Under the pieces are notes generated by a model. It ran no database searches, had not been told where the DNA came from, and was given only the letters and a program-made list of their open reading frames with translations. From the IMG/VR virus record IMGVR_UViG_3300037088_000559, positions 1,370 to 65,369 of that record: a DNA stretch of 64,000 nucleotides. One strand, given 5' to 3'. A program made the translations under genes and the position numbers. Shown one piece after another: positions 45,086 to 55,575 of the stretch. Source of the stretch: a virus. Its lineage: Duplodnaviria > Caudoviricetes. Numbering within the stretch: position 1 is the stretch's first letter; each line of letters begins with the position of its first letter.

Positions 45086-46585
45086 ATGGACAACGAAACA
45101 CTCTTCGGTATAAGCACGCCTGTTTTAGACTTCACCCCTTTCGCGAAATATAACCACCTTACGTCGGGCGACGGCGGCGCGGCTCCCGGCGGAGGTGCTT
45201 CGGCGGACCCCGGAGCGGGCGCGGGAGGCGGTGGCGATGCGGGCGGAGGCGCTTCCGACGCAGGCGCGGGCGGCGGCGGGCAACCGGACGCGGAAGCGGC
45301 TTTTCTAAGCGATGCTTCAACCACGCAGGAAGGCGATACCACAACTGCGGCGGAGGAGGTTACGCCCGGCGAAGGTGAGACTGCGGAGACAACGGAGGAG
45401 ATTGATCCGGCCACGGGCTTACCCAAGCCCAAAGCCGCTCCGCAGCTAACCCCCGAGCAGCAGGAACAACAACGGGTCGAGGATGAGACACTCAAAGACT
45501 TCTACGCCGCGACCCCGGCCCTAAAGGAGTTCCTTAAGACGAATCCGACCGCCCGTGCGCAGTTCTTCAAAGCCGCGCAGATGAATCAGATCTACTCGTC
45601 CGTGGACGATGCGCGTATGGCGGCTGAGTACGCTTCCGAGTTATCGAATTTCGATAAGCTGTATGCGTCGGGGAAGCCCGAGGATACCAAAGCGTTCGTC
45701 GATTCACTCTGGACGAATTCGTTGCAGAACCCCGATCAGGCGTATCACCCGACGGCGAATCCCTCACGCGGGAACTTTGAACGCATTGCTACGGCGATGA
45801 CCCAAGTTGGATTCCAGGGTGTACTCGGCAACATCGAGAAGGCGGCCCAGGCGGTGGGTCTGCAACCTGCCCAGGCTCAGCGGGCGCTCGAATACGTCGC
45901 GTCGATGCTGGGGATAAGCGTTAAAGGGTTAAACGCGGTACGGGGCGGGGGAGCGGCGCCAGGCGGGCAACCGGGCGCGCCCAATCCTCAAGACGAAGCT
46001 TTAACCGCGCGCGAGCAGGCTATAATCGCCCGTGAACAAGCTGCATCTACCCGCGATCAGCAAGCGTTTGAATCGAGTGTCTCGACGGCGGTTAATACGC
46101 ACGTCGCGGGCGAAGTCGATAAGCTGCTTAAGCCCGCGGCCGGGGCGCTTGCAAAACAGCCGAAATTCATTCAAGATAATATACGTCAGACGATTGTGTC
46201 CCGTACGGTGAACGCAATCGAGAACGACAAGCCTTTTCAGGTGCGGTTCAATACGGCGGAGCTTCGCGGGGATCGCAGTCCCGCGCACCAGACGGAGTTG
46301 GTTAGCCTCTGGAAGTCGCGCGTTAACGACGAGTTACCCCGGCAGGCTGCATCGGTGCTACAGGAAGCGGGCTTGAGTATTGTGACGGCGAATCAACAGA
46401 GGCTTAACGCCAAACTCGCTGCGGGAGGTAGGCGCGAAGTCCCGTCATCGTCGTCACCAGGACGTGTAACGGCACCCGGAGCAAGGCCAGGGGGACGCGG
46501 CACCCCACCCAACGCCGGCAAGGGCCAAAGCTGGGACGCACACGCGGATAAAGTGTTAGATCGATTCATCGAGACAGGTGAGTAA
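45086..46585 (+). CDS. Scaffolding protein
   Basis: Acidic disordered N-terminus, helical core, short C-terminal helix; directly upstream of the capsid gene. Confidence 0.75.
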   Translation: MDNETLFGISTPVLDFTPFAKYNHLTSGDGGAAPGGGASADPGAGAGGGGDAGGGASDAGAGGGGQPDAEAAFLSDASTTQEGDTTTAAEEVTPGEGETAETTEEIDPATGLPKPKAAPQLTPEQQEQQRVEDETLKDFYAATPALKEFLKTNPTARAQFFKAAQMNQIYSSVDDARMAAEYASELSNFDKLYASGKPEDTKAFVDSLWTNSLQNPDQAYHPTANPSRGNFERIATAMTQVGFQGVLGNIEKAAQAVGLQPAQAQRALEYVASMLGISVKGLNAVRGGGAAPGGQPGAPNPQDEALTAREQAIIAREQAASTRDQQAFESSVSTAVNTHVAGEVDKLLKPAAGALAKQPKFIQDNIRQTIVSRTVNAIENDKPFQVRFNTAELRGDRSPAHQTELVSLWKSRVNDELPRQAASVLQEAGLSIVTANQQRLNAKLAAGGRREVPSSSSPGRVTAPGARPGGRGTPPNAGKGQSWDAHADKVLDRFIETGE

Positions 46586-46625
46586 CAGGTACAAGGTAAA
46601 AGAGGAGTCAAAACTTACCACACGT

Positions 46626-46648
46626 GTTGTGGAGGTTAACCGCAATTT
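46626..46648 (+). repeat. 23-bp element, copy 2, in the capsid leader
   Basis: Identical to the reverse complement of 21910-21932. Confidence 0.85.
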
Positions 46649-46665
46649 CGTACGAGGTTCTATCA

Positions 46666-47937
46666 ATGGCCCAAGCAACAGCGGATGTCGTCGGCCTGCA
46701 ACTCGAAAAGGTGCGCCGCAAGCTCCCCGAGTTGTTTGAATACGAAGACACCCTTTTCAGTACTATCCAGAACCGCCAGGACGTGGAGAAGGTCTCCAGC
46801 CGCGTGACCCGCGTCCCGCTGCAAGTACGTCCCGGTTCGCGTTTTGGTATCGTTAATCTTGCGGGTGGACCGCTCGGACGCGGCACCGGCACCCACTATG
46901 ACTTCGCGTCTCTCGCACCTATTGCTTCCCGCATCGCGATCGAGATCAACGACGATGCTCTGGCGCAAACCGACGGTGAACCCAAAGCGATCCGTAAGCT
47001 TCTGGCACAGGAAATCAAGAACGGTATGCGCGAGTTTCGGCGCCAACTCAACGCCCAGCTTCAAACCGCGGGCGATTGCGTTCAGGCGACCGTCTCCGCC
47101 GCGACCGCTACCACCATCACCGTCAACAACGCGCCGTTCTACGCTCAGCTTCTCCGCGCGCAGCAGATCATCCAAGTGTATGATTCCACCATCACCACCA
47201 ACAAGGGATCATGCACGATCCAGTACATCGACTACCCCAACAACGTCCTCACTGTTGATGCCACGCCCACGGGCGGGGGTGGGGTGATCTCAACCGACGT
47301 GATCCTGCTTGAAGGTGTTTCCGGTGCCAACCCCGTCGGGTACTTTGGCATTCCCTATCACATCTCACCCTCGGCGATCGGCACGTGGCTGAATATGAGC
47401 CGCGTAACGACTCCCGAGATCCGCGCCAGTAACTTCGATGTCGGTGGAAACGCCCTCACTACGTTCCCGATACGCCTCTTGCTCACCAAGATCAGGCAGC
47501 GTATTGCGGGATCGGCGTCAGCGGGCGCGCTTAAGTCACTCCGCGCCCACCTCCACGATACCCAGGCGGCCGCGTACGAGGAGCTGGCCGTACTCGTCAC
47601 CAAGATCGAGAAGGGCTCGGGGAACGAGTCGATCGATATGCTGTTTGGCGATCAGCGTATGGCTGGAGTACCCCAGATGCGCGATATCCATGCGGCTCGC
47701 AATCGAATCGATTTCCTCCACCTCGATTCGTGGGGACGCGTTGAGTCTTTACCCGTGGACTTCATCAAGAAGCCCGACGGGACGTATATCGAGCGCCCGA
47801 TTGATTCGGCCACGGGATCGCCGATTGCGGCGATTCTGTTCTGGATCGTGTGGTTCGGCCAGTTTTTCGTCGAGAACCCCGCAACGCAAGGAGATATCAC
47901 AACCTTGGCAATCGCTGCCGGTTACGACGCGTTATAA
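46666..47937 (+). CDS. Major capsid protein
   Basis: 423 aa after the scaffold; HK97-like layout with an inserted beta domain and C-terminal NPATQGDI; GAGG RBS. Confidence 0.85.
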   Translation: MAQATADVVGLQLEKVRRKLPELFEYEDTLFSTIQNRQDVEKVSSRVTRVPLQVRPGSRFGIVNLAGGPLGRGTGTHYDFASLAPIASRIAIEINDDALAQTDGEPKAIRKLLAQEIKNGMREFRRQLNAQLQTAGDCVQATVSAATATTITVNNAPFYAQLLRAQQIIQVYDSTITTNKGSCTIQYIDYPNNVLTVDATPTGGGGVISTDVILLEGVSGANPVGYFGIPYHISPSAIGTWLNMSRVTTPEIRASNFDVGGNALTTFPIRLLLTKIRQRIAGSASAGALKSLRAHLHDTQAAAYEELAVLVTKIEKGSGNESIDMLFGDQRMAGVPQMRDIHAARNRIDFLHLDSWGRVESLPVDFIKKPDGTYIERPIDSATGSPIAAILFWIVWFGQFFVENPATQGDITTLAIAAGYDAL

Positions 47938-47962
47938 CCTTGACTAAAGGGAGAGGATTAGA

Positions 47963-48925
47963 ATGGTGCATAACTCTTACGTTCCTACGCTCCAGACTGA
48001 TCCTCTCCCCCTGCACTTCAACCGTGATTCCTTCGCCGCCGCGAACGATGCAAACCTGCCGTTCCTGAACATCGACGGCGAACCGGACGACGATGGGGGC
48101 GAGATTTGCAAGCAACCCTCAGACGGGCTTGGCTCGCCCCCTGCGTCGGGTTTGATTACGATAGGCGTTAACGATGGGCGCCTGCGTAAATCCGAGATCG
48201 AGGCACTCAATACTTACCTCGCGCGCCACGGCGGCCAGTATGAGGGGCATCAACTCTTTCGGATCTCCTGGGCGGCGGAGGACAACTATGGGCTGCTTAA
48301 GGCGCATGAGTCTACGTGCCCGAAACGCGACCCTGGTGATTTTGATTGTGGTTGTCCAATATCTACTGACGCTCGCATACCGATCTGCTTTCACCCGATA
48401 CAAGGTTGTTACCATCTATTGTCTTGGCAGCCTCCTACGGGCGAAGAAGTCATTGCTGCGGGTATACTTGGCCCCGCCCACGTCGAGCAGGCCAAGCAAG
48501 AAGCTAAAGAAGGATCGTGGTCTTGTGTGATGCACTTCTGTGATCCGCTGCCGCCGAATCTACCGTTCAATCCTACGGCGGCGATCTTGGAGACGATTGT
48601 TCCGATCATCAACGAGGAGGCGAAGCGGTACAAAGCGGCGTTACACGGTGCGAATGCGGTTTTAATGCGCGAACGGGCGAAACGTGTCGAGCAGATCAAG
48701 CGGGAACGCGCCCGGCAGGAGACGGCATACGATCAACGCGCTGATGATATTCTACGCGACGCGGAACCGGCGTTCGGCGGTGTCCCCTTCGCGGGCTCGG
48801 GAGAGAAGCATATGCAGGAATCCGACAAATCAGCGGGGGACGCGATACGGGACGGCGCCCAGAATCCCGCCCCCGAATTAGACGGCCCCGTACTGACGCT
48901 TGGGCGTATTAAACGCACCAAATAA
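47963..48925 (+). CDS. Hypothetical protein
   Basis: 320 aa; LFRISWA, Cys cluster, coiled coil. Confidence 0.6.
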   Translation: MVHNSYVPTLQTDPLPLHFNRDSFAAANDANLPFLNIDGEPDDDGGEICKQPSDGLGSPPASGLITIGVNDGRLRKSEIEALNTYLARHGGQYEGHQLFRISWAAEDNYGLLKAHESTCPKRDPGDFDCGCPISTDARIPICFHPIQGCYHLLSWQPPTGEEVIAAGILGPAHVEQAKQEAKEGSWSCVMHFCDPLPPNLPFNPTAAILETIVPIINEEAKRYKAALHGANAVLMRERAKRVEQIKRERARQETAYDQRADDILRDAEPAFGGVPFAGSGEKHMQESDKSAGDAIRDGAQNPAPELDGPVLTLGRIKRTK

Positions 48926-49017
48926 AGTACGTTTGGCAACTGAAAGGGGAACGACGTACGGCATAATTAACTTGCCGGCGTACAGCAACAAACACTTGTA
49001 TAAAGGAGGATACGGCG

Positions 49018-49584
49018 ATGGACAGACGCAACTTTCTGAGAAATCTCGCTCTCCCTGCGACGATTACGGCGGCGGGTTTATTGGTTCCGTCTCTACGCCT
49101 GCGCTCCTACTTCTTTACTCGCGACTGGCGGTCGCGGGATCGAACGCCGGTAACCGCAACGTTCAAGATGCTCCCCGACGGCTCGTGGGAGTTTGTATCA
49201 GCGCAAGGGGCGAGGTTATCGGAGCACGGGAAACTAGTTCCGCCGTGGGGTTGGGATAGGCAGGAATGGCGGCTAGACGATTATGCGTTCTATCGTTCGC
49301 AGAATCTCGGCGGAGAACGTCGAGATGAAGTTCAGCTTATTTACGTCCCGCAAAACGAGGTGCATCACTACAGTGTTGTTCCCGCGAGTAAATACCATTA
49401 TGTGAACGGCAGGCTACATGTTGCGCCGTTCGGCTCCGGGGCCAAATTCCCTAGCCGTGGCCCGAATCGCAAGAGCTGGGGGTCTGAGGTTTTCGCGGAG
49501 GATAATCCTGTTGCTCTCTGGCTATCCGGGGCAAACGATCTGGAAGAAGAGAAGAAATGGGTCGAGGAGGTTATCTCGATCTAA
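49018..49584 (+). CDS. Protein with twin-arginine-like N-terminus
   Basis: MDRRNFLRNLALPATITAAGLLVP; AAGGAGG RBS. Confidence 0.6.
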   Translation: MDRRNFLRNLALPATITAAGLLVPSLRLRSYFFTRDWRSRDRTPVTATFKMLPDGSWEFVSAQGARLSEHGKLVPPWGWDRQEWRLDDYAFYRSQNLGGERRDEVQLIYVPQNEVHHYSVVPASKYHYVNGRLHVAPFGSGAKFPSRGPNRKSWGSEVFAEDNPVALWLSGANDLEEEKKWVEEVISI

Positions 49585-49620
49585 GATACGGAAGCAAACT
49601 ATCTAAAGGAGGCTTTACCC

Positions 49621-50712
49621 ATGGCACTTACCGCCAAAATCGCAACCGTCAGTATGATCTCGGTCCACGAGGAGGACGATGGTGTGTTCTACGATGTCCC
49701 CAACGTCTTCCCAGGGAAGTTCTGGATTCCACCGATAACCGCCCCGCAACAAACGTTGATCTTACGCTGTAAGACCGCCGTGCGAACGCTGGGCTCGACC
49801 GCTCCTGAGCGCTTCCAATATGCGCATATCAAGGTTACGACCGAGAACCCGCCGCGCAAGTATATCCTCCTCACGATCCCCGAGGCGACTACGTTCCGCT
49901 ATGGGACGGAGAAGCAGCTCTTGGACGAGTACAACCAGAAGATGTTCCCCGATATCGAGCGCGCTCCGTTGTACGTCAAGCCCGAGCACGTCGCCAACGA
50001 TATCGAACGGGCGTTTGGGCGGATGGGGGTTATTGCCATCGCCAGTTACGATGGTGAGGCGTCGGCGACCCAGAAGGAGCTAAAACGCTCCCGCGATTTG
50101 TACCAAACGTGGATGATCCGCCGCATCAACGAAACCAACAGAAACTACGCCCGGCACGGGTTCGCCGAGGTCACGAAGCAGACGCTTAACATCGTGAATA
50201 GATTATACCGTGACCATCTGATCCCCGCATTACCCTCTTGGGCGTCGATCAACCCCGATATCGGCTCCTCATCGGGCCAACTCTCGTGCCCGAATTGCCA
50301 CCAGGTTGTGCTGCCGGGGACTGCGCAGTGTAAGTGCGGGGTGGTGATTAACTGGGCTTTGGCGTTGGAATACGGGCTGAAAACCGAAGCGGAAGTCCCC
50401 AAGAACAAGCGCCAGGAGGCGGGTTTAGAGGGGCCGGTTACTACGCCGTCCACGGCAGTCCCCGTGCCGGTGGTCGGGACGCTGCCCGATAACGCCGTTG
50501 TCGCCATCGTCGAAAAGGGCGCGGGGATACGAACGATTTCAGCCTCCGACGTTCCCCTCGATATGTCCGAGCAGTCGTTCGGCGGCGAGCAGATCCGCGG
50601 GACAAACGCCGATCAGGATCAAGTCGTAGAGGAGATTGCGGAGATGGATGATACGCCAGAGCCCGTAAGCGCGGGACGCGGGCCTAAAGCTGTACGTCGA
50701 GGAGGCCGATGA
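49621..50712 (+). CDS. Hypothetical zinc-ribbon protein
   Basis: CPNC...CKCG; AAGGAGG RBS. Confidence 0.65.
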   Translation: MALTAKIATVSMISVHEEDDGVFYDVPNVFPGKFWIPPITAPQQTLILRCKTAVRTLGSTAPERFQYAHIKVTTENPPRKYILLTIPEATTFRYGTEKQLLDEYNQKMFPDIERAPLYVKPEHVANDIERAFGRMGVIAIASYDGEASATQKELKRSRDLYQTWMIRRINETNRNYARHGFAEVTKQTLNIVNRLYRDHLIPALPSWASINPDIGSSSGQLSCPNCHQVVLPGTAQCKCGVVINWALALEYGLKTEAEVPKNKRQEAGLEGPVTTPSTAVPVPVVGTLPDNAVVAIVEKGAGIRTISASDVPLDMSEQSFGGEQIRGTNADQDQVVEEIAEMDDTPEPVSAGRGPKAVRRGGR

Positions 50713-51044
50713 TGGTAACAATATCCAGATTCGAGCATAAAGTATCGCCCGCCGTAAACGACTTCGGCACGGGACAGATGCACTCGTTCGCTTTCACGCT
50801 TGCGCCGCATCTACCCCGGGAGCATGAGAAGCTTCTACGGGTCTTCGATGCGGATGACGCGTCGGCGATTTTACGCGTCGTAGGCGGAGAGTTTCTGCTT
50901 CTCGTGGATGCGTATGTCTTCGATACGCCGGTAGTACCGGAGCCGCCGCCCACGCCCACACCCGGGGGAGAGACGGAGCCGCTACCGGGACCGGAACCCG
51001 CTCCAGAGTTGCAGTCAGAGCCGGAGTCAGAGCGAGGCGCGTAA
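50709..51044 (+). CDS. Hypothetical protein
   Basis: Coupled on both sides; Pro/Glu tail. Confidence 0.55.
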   Translation: MMVTISRFEHKVSPAVNDFGTGQMHSFAFTLAPHLPREHEKLLRVFDADDASAILRVVGGEFLLLVDAYVFDTPVVPEPPPTPTPGGETEPLPGPEPAPELQSEPESERGA

Positions 51045-51766
51045 TGCCTGCCGTAACCGTCCATGATGTCGGCGACGTGATCGAAAGCGCCGCTGCGAAA
51101 CTCAACGATACCCAGCAAGCGATCTGGACCGACGCGCGTCTAATGCCCCACGTTAAGGCGGCCGTAAACTGGCTCGCGTCCCAAATCGCCAACATCTCGA
51201 CGCAGTACTTCGAAAAGGTGGCGGGCCAGCCTTATTCGAGTGATATCGTCTACGCCGGTGGTACGGTCGATCTTACCTTGTCTTTACCCGCCGACCTCTA
51301 CGAGCCCGAGTCTCTCGAATATCGCCTCACTGCCGCCGAGGAGTGGTCGCCGATGGAGCGTACGTCGGCGTTACCGTCACAGGTGACATCACAGCCTGGC
51401 GTGCTCACTACATGGGAATGGTCGGGGAGGACGTTGCGCGTCAACCCCTGCACGGCGAACGCGCTGATACGTCTGCGGTATCTCGCGTTGATGCCCGATG
51501 TCGATGATGTGGGTAACCCGATCCCCATCGACAACTGCGTCCAAGCGTTAGCCTTCGCTACGGCCGCGAACGCTTATGCGGCACGTGGCCAGGCGACCCA
51601 GGCGGCGGCGATGTGGGGCAAGGAAGGCGACCCGCCGTCGGGCGCGTGTATGTATCTGGGGCTGGTTCTTGGTATAATTGTAAAGAACGAGCAGTTACTA
51701 CCGAGGCGGGCGGCCCCGTTCTCGTCGGGTACGTTCGGATCGCAATACGGCTGGCCCCGGCCTTAA
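51044..51766 (+). CDS. Head-tail adaptor (T7 gp11/P22 gp4-like)
   Basis: N-terminal helices (LND...WTD..L), beta insertion, C-terminal helices; synteny. Confidence 0.7.
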   Translation: MPAVTVHDVGDVIESAAAKLNDTQQAIWTDARLMPHVKAAVNWLASQIANISTQYFEKVAGQPYSSDIVYAGGTVDLTLSLPADLYEPESLEYRLTAAEEWSPMERTSALPSQVTSQPGVLTTWEWSGRTLRVNPCTANALIRLRYLALMPDVDDVGNPIPIDNCVQALAFATAANAYAARGQATQAAAMWGKEGDPPSGACMYLGLVLGIIVKNEQLLPRRAAPFSSGTFGSQYGWPRP

Positions 51767-51786
51767 CGCGGGCGAGGAGATGAACT

Positions 51787-52188
51787 ATGGCAGCTTTGAA
51801 GATCACGCTTCTACCCACGCTTATCGTCGAGGAAGGGAATATGCTCCTCGTGAAGGGCGAGGTCCGTTTTGATAATGGGGATTACGCCGCGGGTGGAATC
51901 AAGGCCCAGTGGGATTACACCACCACACCCAGTACCCACTTCGCCGTGTTCCGGCAGACGGGTTTGATCCACGCGTCCTTACCGGCGCTGGCGATGGATT
52001 TCCGCAGCGGCGACTCGGCGTATGCTTTGTACGGGCGGGTTTCCGTGGTTACGCCGTTGGCTACGCCGCGGGTCATGGTTACGACCGTCGCTACGGGCGT
52101 GGAGGTTGGTGCGGGCGCGTTAGCAGCGGGGATGCAATCGCCCACGGCGCCGCACGAATTCGCGCTTCGGTTCGCGAAGAATATCTAA
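51787..52188 (+). CDS. Small structural protein
   Basis: DYAAGGI...EVGAGAL pattern; GAGGAG RBS. Confidence 0.55.
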   Translation: MAALKITLLPTLIVEEGNMLLVKGEVRFDNGDYAAGGIKAQWDYTTTPSTHFAVFRQTGLIHASLPALAMDFRSGDSAYALYGRVSVVTPLATPRVMVTTVATGVEVGAGALAAGMQSPTAPHEFALRFAKNI

Positions 52189-52253
52189 CGGTAAAGGGCC
52201 GTGCGCGAGTCCAAGGTGTACGGCCCCTATCTCCCCGTAAGCGAGGCTTGCGT

Positions 52254-55200
52254 GTGTTTGTCGGTTTCAAAGCAACGAACTTCGAGAAGCTCGGTGGCTT
52301 ATTCTCCTTCCTTTTCACCGAGGATGTTCCCGACGGGTTTAGCCCCGCTCTCTCCAATATACGCTTCAAACCCGGCGCCGTGGAGTCGCGCCCTGGGCTA
52401 GGCTCTGGTGCCTGGTCCAAACCCGCCCATACGTTCTACGGTTTAAGCCAATTCCTCGATAATTTGGGAACGCAGCATAACCTTACGCTCGACGAGTCGG
52501 GGAACATCGACCAGCAGCTCGGGATGGGCGTAACGTCGGTAGCTTTGGGTGTATGCCTGCCGGGATCGCGTTTATCCACCACCAGTCTCAATAACCGCCA
52601 CTATATGGCGTTCTACCAGCCGGAGGTGCTGCCGGGGGGTTCGGTCGTGGCGCTCGATTCGCTCGGGAACCTCGATCCCGTCGCTCCCCTCGGCCCCGCG
52701 ACTAAAGATCACCTCGGATCGACGGGTTATATCACCGCAGGCTCGCCTACGATCACGAACGTCACCCAGATCCAAACGTGGTGCCTCGGCGACTTAATCG
52801 GCGACTCCCAGAACGCGATTGTGGGAACGACGAACCCTACAACGCTCGCGTACGTCATCGCCGTCGATTACGTCAACAACACCCTCACCGTCTCGCAAAA
52901 CGCCGTGAACGCGTCGAATCGCGGGCCGGATTTCCTCAGTGCGACTTTATTCTACCCGTTGCTCTACGTCCAAGACGATGTTCTACCGGGGCAGATTATC
53001 GCTGCGGCGCTCGTTAATCCCGGGACGCTCTATCACGCGGGCGATGTTTTAATGCCCACCGCCTTGGCGTTAGGCCCGATCTCGCTGTACGCGATCAACG
53101 CGCCCGGGACGGCGTATGCTATCAGTGACACATTCCTTCTGAATAATCCCTTGTATCCGGCTTCGGTTCTGGCCCAGGGGACTGTCACCTCCGTAGACTC
53201 ATCGGGAGTAGTTCTCGCGTTCTATCTAACGACGTTTGGTACGTTGTACTCCGTGGCGACGGGGTATGTGGCGGGTACGACTTTCGGCGCGGGGCACGGT
53301 TTAACCATCGACGTCACGGCGATTGGTACGGGCGGGGCGGGGACGGGCGGGACGATTACGATCAATACCGTAGACGCCATCACCGGGGCGATCCTCACCT
53401 ACACCGCTAACTTCGCCGGATCGTACAACTGGTATCCGGGGGCGAGTTTCGCGCTCGCGGGGGGCCACGGGATAGGCGCGACTCTGACGATCACGCAAGT
53501 CGCCGATAGCACGTACGTCTCGGGGGAGATATCGGCGGGTTTGCATGGGATTGCCGTATCGTTCCGCACACGGTCGGGGGCGTATACCGAACCGTGCGCG
53601 TTGTGCTTCTGGGAGGCGGCGGGTAACAGAAAGGTCGTGGTGAGTTATGCCAACGCGCAGTTTGATCTACTCAATACGTACGATCCCACATATACGGCGC
53701 TGACGTTCTTCTTCACCCAGGCCGATGATCTCCACATCTATCAAATCCCAGCGTCGATTGTGGGCGCTTCCAATTTGCTGACCGTAATCTTCGATTTCTA
53801 CGATACGGACCTTACGGGTGGTGATTTGCAGGATAACCTCTACGACAACGAACGTCTCAGCGACCAGGCGGGTTTAACTCAATACAACTCGCGTTTAGTA
53901 ACGTGGGGCGGCCTCGCAACACTTGATCTCGCCGGTATGGATCTCCTCGGGATCCTTGAACCGGGCTCGCACGCTTTCAAGGTTCCCTACGGGTGGGCGC
54001 CGGGGACTAATAATCACGCGGCTTTGTACTGGGAGGATAGTGTCGCAGGGCAGAACCCCGGCGCGCGTCCGGGGGTTATAATTCTCGCCGATGGAGCGAC
54101 GGCAACGGTCGGAGAAATATGGCAATCGGAGGCGGCTTCCGTTATGCGCCCCTTAACCTCGTACACCGTACGCTTATGGCTCAAGCAGATGGGCGGGATG
54201 AACGCCGGGGCACTGGCGATTAACCTCATCGGGACGAATATCGGCGGGGGAACAGGCGCGACGGCCGGCTTCGTTATCCCCTACACGTCGCTTACAACCT
54301 CTTGGCAGCAGTTCGAAGGGGCGATCTGCACGGCGTCGGATATACCCGTGGGCACCGTGAACAATCAAGTCGCCGTAGATCTACGCTTGCGGATCGCGCT
54401 CACAGGGACCGCCGGACCCTTCGGTACGGGCGTGATCATATCGCGTTTGCAGATCTATCCGACGGCGGCGCCGTACGACGCATCCGTTATCCGATTCTCC
54501 GATCCTTATAACGCCGACCGCTTCGACGGGATCAGCGGGTTTCAACAGGTTACCAAAGACGACGGCGAGCGCGTAACCTCGTGCCGCACTCTACGCTGGT
54601 ATTTCTACATTCATAAGGAACGGTCGATGCACGTGACATTCGACGATGGGCAGAATCCCCCGTCGTTGTGGACTTCTAATCTTGTGGATTCGTCGGCGGG
54701 AGCGGCTTCGCCAAACGCAACGCTGGCGACGGAATCGTTCATTATATCGGCGGCGCGTCCTGGCGCATATGTGTTCTTCGGTGGCAAGCCCACGAAACTC
54801 TCGCAGGAGATTCAGACCACGTGGGATCGGATCAACTGGACGTATGCGTCGGTGATACATATCGCTCTGGACCCTCGCCTGCACATCGTTTATATGCTCG
54901 TGCCGCTCGATGCCGAGACCATACCGAGCGCGGCTTTGATCCTCGATTATACGGAGGGTTTTGGGCAGGAGGATGAGCCGGGCGGGCGTAAGTGGGGATT
55001 CGATCAGTATCCCAGGAACGTAGGGCACACCGGCGTTGAGTTCGTGACACCCCACGCGCCGGTGTTGCCCCATACGATCAACGTCCTGTCGATTCTAATC
55101 GGCGAATCCCCCACCCACACTCAAAGCACGTGGTTCGCAGGTACGTCGATCGCTTCCCCGGGGACGGCGAAAGTTTACCTATTGGGTGCCCAGGGTGATC

Positions 55201-55574
55201 TCGACGACGGTCTCGCCGTCGATTCGTTTTACGAGACCTCGTATGCGCGCGCCACCCCTAACGGTACGTCGCTGTTCGGCGGAATCGCGTATACGCTGGC
55301 GGGATCGGGAACGTTGCTCAACTCACTGTTACCGCTGGGATCGCAAGCGGGTGATTCGCGCGAGGCTATTCTCCAGCCGCAGACTATGGACCTGCCGTTA
55401 ACGCGCGATTTGGAAGTTTACGCCGATCTGGAGACGGAGCGGGCGCGCGCGCGCTTCGAGACGAATCATCTACAACCCGCCGTGGAACAGAATCCCCCAA
55501 CTGCGTGCGATTACTTTCAGGTGAGGCGGGTGGGGATATACGCCGCGCCGTGGGCTCCCCAGAGGGTGCATTAA
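52254..55574 (+). CDS. Tail nozzle (T7 gp12/P22 gp10-like) with large inserted beta domains
   Basis: GGL..NIRF..G.V.SRPG N-terminus; IRFSDP, IHKERS, KLSQEIQ propeller-type segments; GTG start after GAGG. Confidence 0.75.
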   Translation: MFVGFKATNFEKLGGLFSFLFTEDVPDGFSPALSNIRFKPGAVESRPGLGSGAWSKPAHTFYGLSQFLDNLGTQHNLTLDESGNIDQQLGMGVTSVALGVCLPGSRLSTTSLNNRHYMAFYQPEVLPGGSVVALDSLGNLDPVAPLGPATKDHLGSTGYITAGSPTITNVTQIQTWCLGDLIGDSQNAIVGTTNPTTLAYVIAVDYVNNTLTVSQNAVNASNRGPDFLSATLFYPLLYVQDDVLPGQIIAAALVNPGTLYHAGDVLMPTALALGPISLYAINAPGTAYAISDTFLLNNPLYPASVLAQGTVTSVDSSGVVLAFYLTTFGTLYSVATGYVAGTTFGAGHGLTIDVTAIGTGGAGTGGTITINTVDAITGAILTYTANFAGSYNWYPGASFALAGGHGIGATLTITQVADSTYVSGEISAGLHGIAVSFRTRSGAYTEPCALCFWEAAGNRKVVVSYANAQFDLLNTYDPTYTALTFFFTQADDLHIYQIPASIVGASNLLTVIFDFYDTDLTGGDLQDNLYDNERLSDQAGLTQYNSRLVTWGGLATLDLAGMDLLGILEPGSHAFKVPYGWAPGTNNHAALYWEDSVAGQNPGARPGVIILADGATATVGEIWQSEAASVMRPLTSYTVRLWLKQMGGMNAGALAINLIGTNIGGGTGATAGFVIPYTSLTTSWQQFEGAICTASDIPVGTVNNQVAVDLRLRIALTGTAGPFGTGVIISRLQIYPTAAPYDASVIRFSDPYNADRFDGISGFQQVTKDDGERVTSCRTLRWYFYIHKERSMHVTFDDGQNPPSLWTSNLVDSSAGAASPNATLATESFIISAARPGAYVFFGGKPTKLSQEIQTTWDRINWTYASVIHIALDPRLHIVYMLVPLDAETIPSAALILDYTEGFGQEDEPGGRKWGFDQYPRNVGHTGVEFVTPHAPVLPHTINVLSILIGESPTHTQSTWFAGTSIASPGTAKVYLLGAQGDLDDGLAVDSFYETSYARATPNGTSLFGGIAYTLAGSGTLLNSLLPLGSQAGDSREAILQPQTMDLPLTRDLEVYADLETERARARFETNHLQPAVEQNPPTACDYFQVRRVGIYAAPWAPQRVH

Positions 55575-55575
55575 A

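Noticed and set aside
51909-52253. N-terminal 115 aa of the 1221-aa ORF
   Set aside because: It overlaps gene 51787-52188; the GTG at 52254 with an RBS gives a nozzle-like N-terminus.
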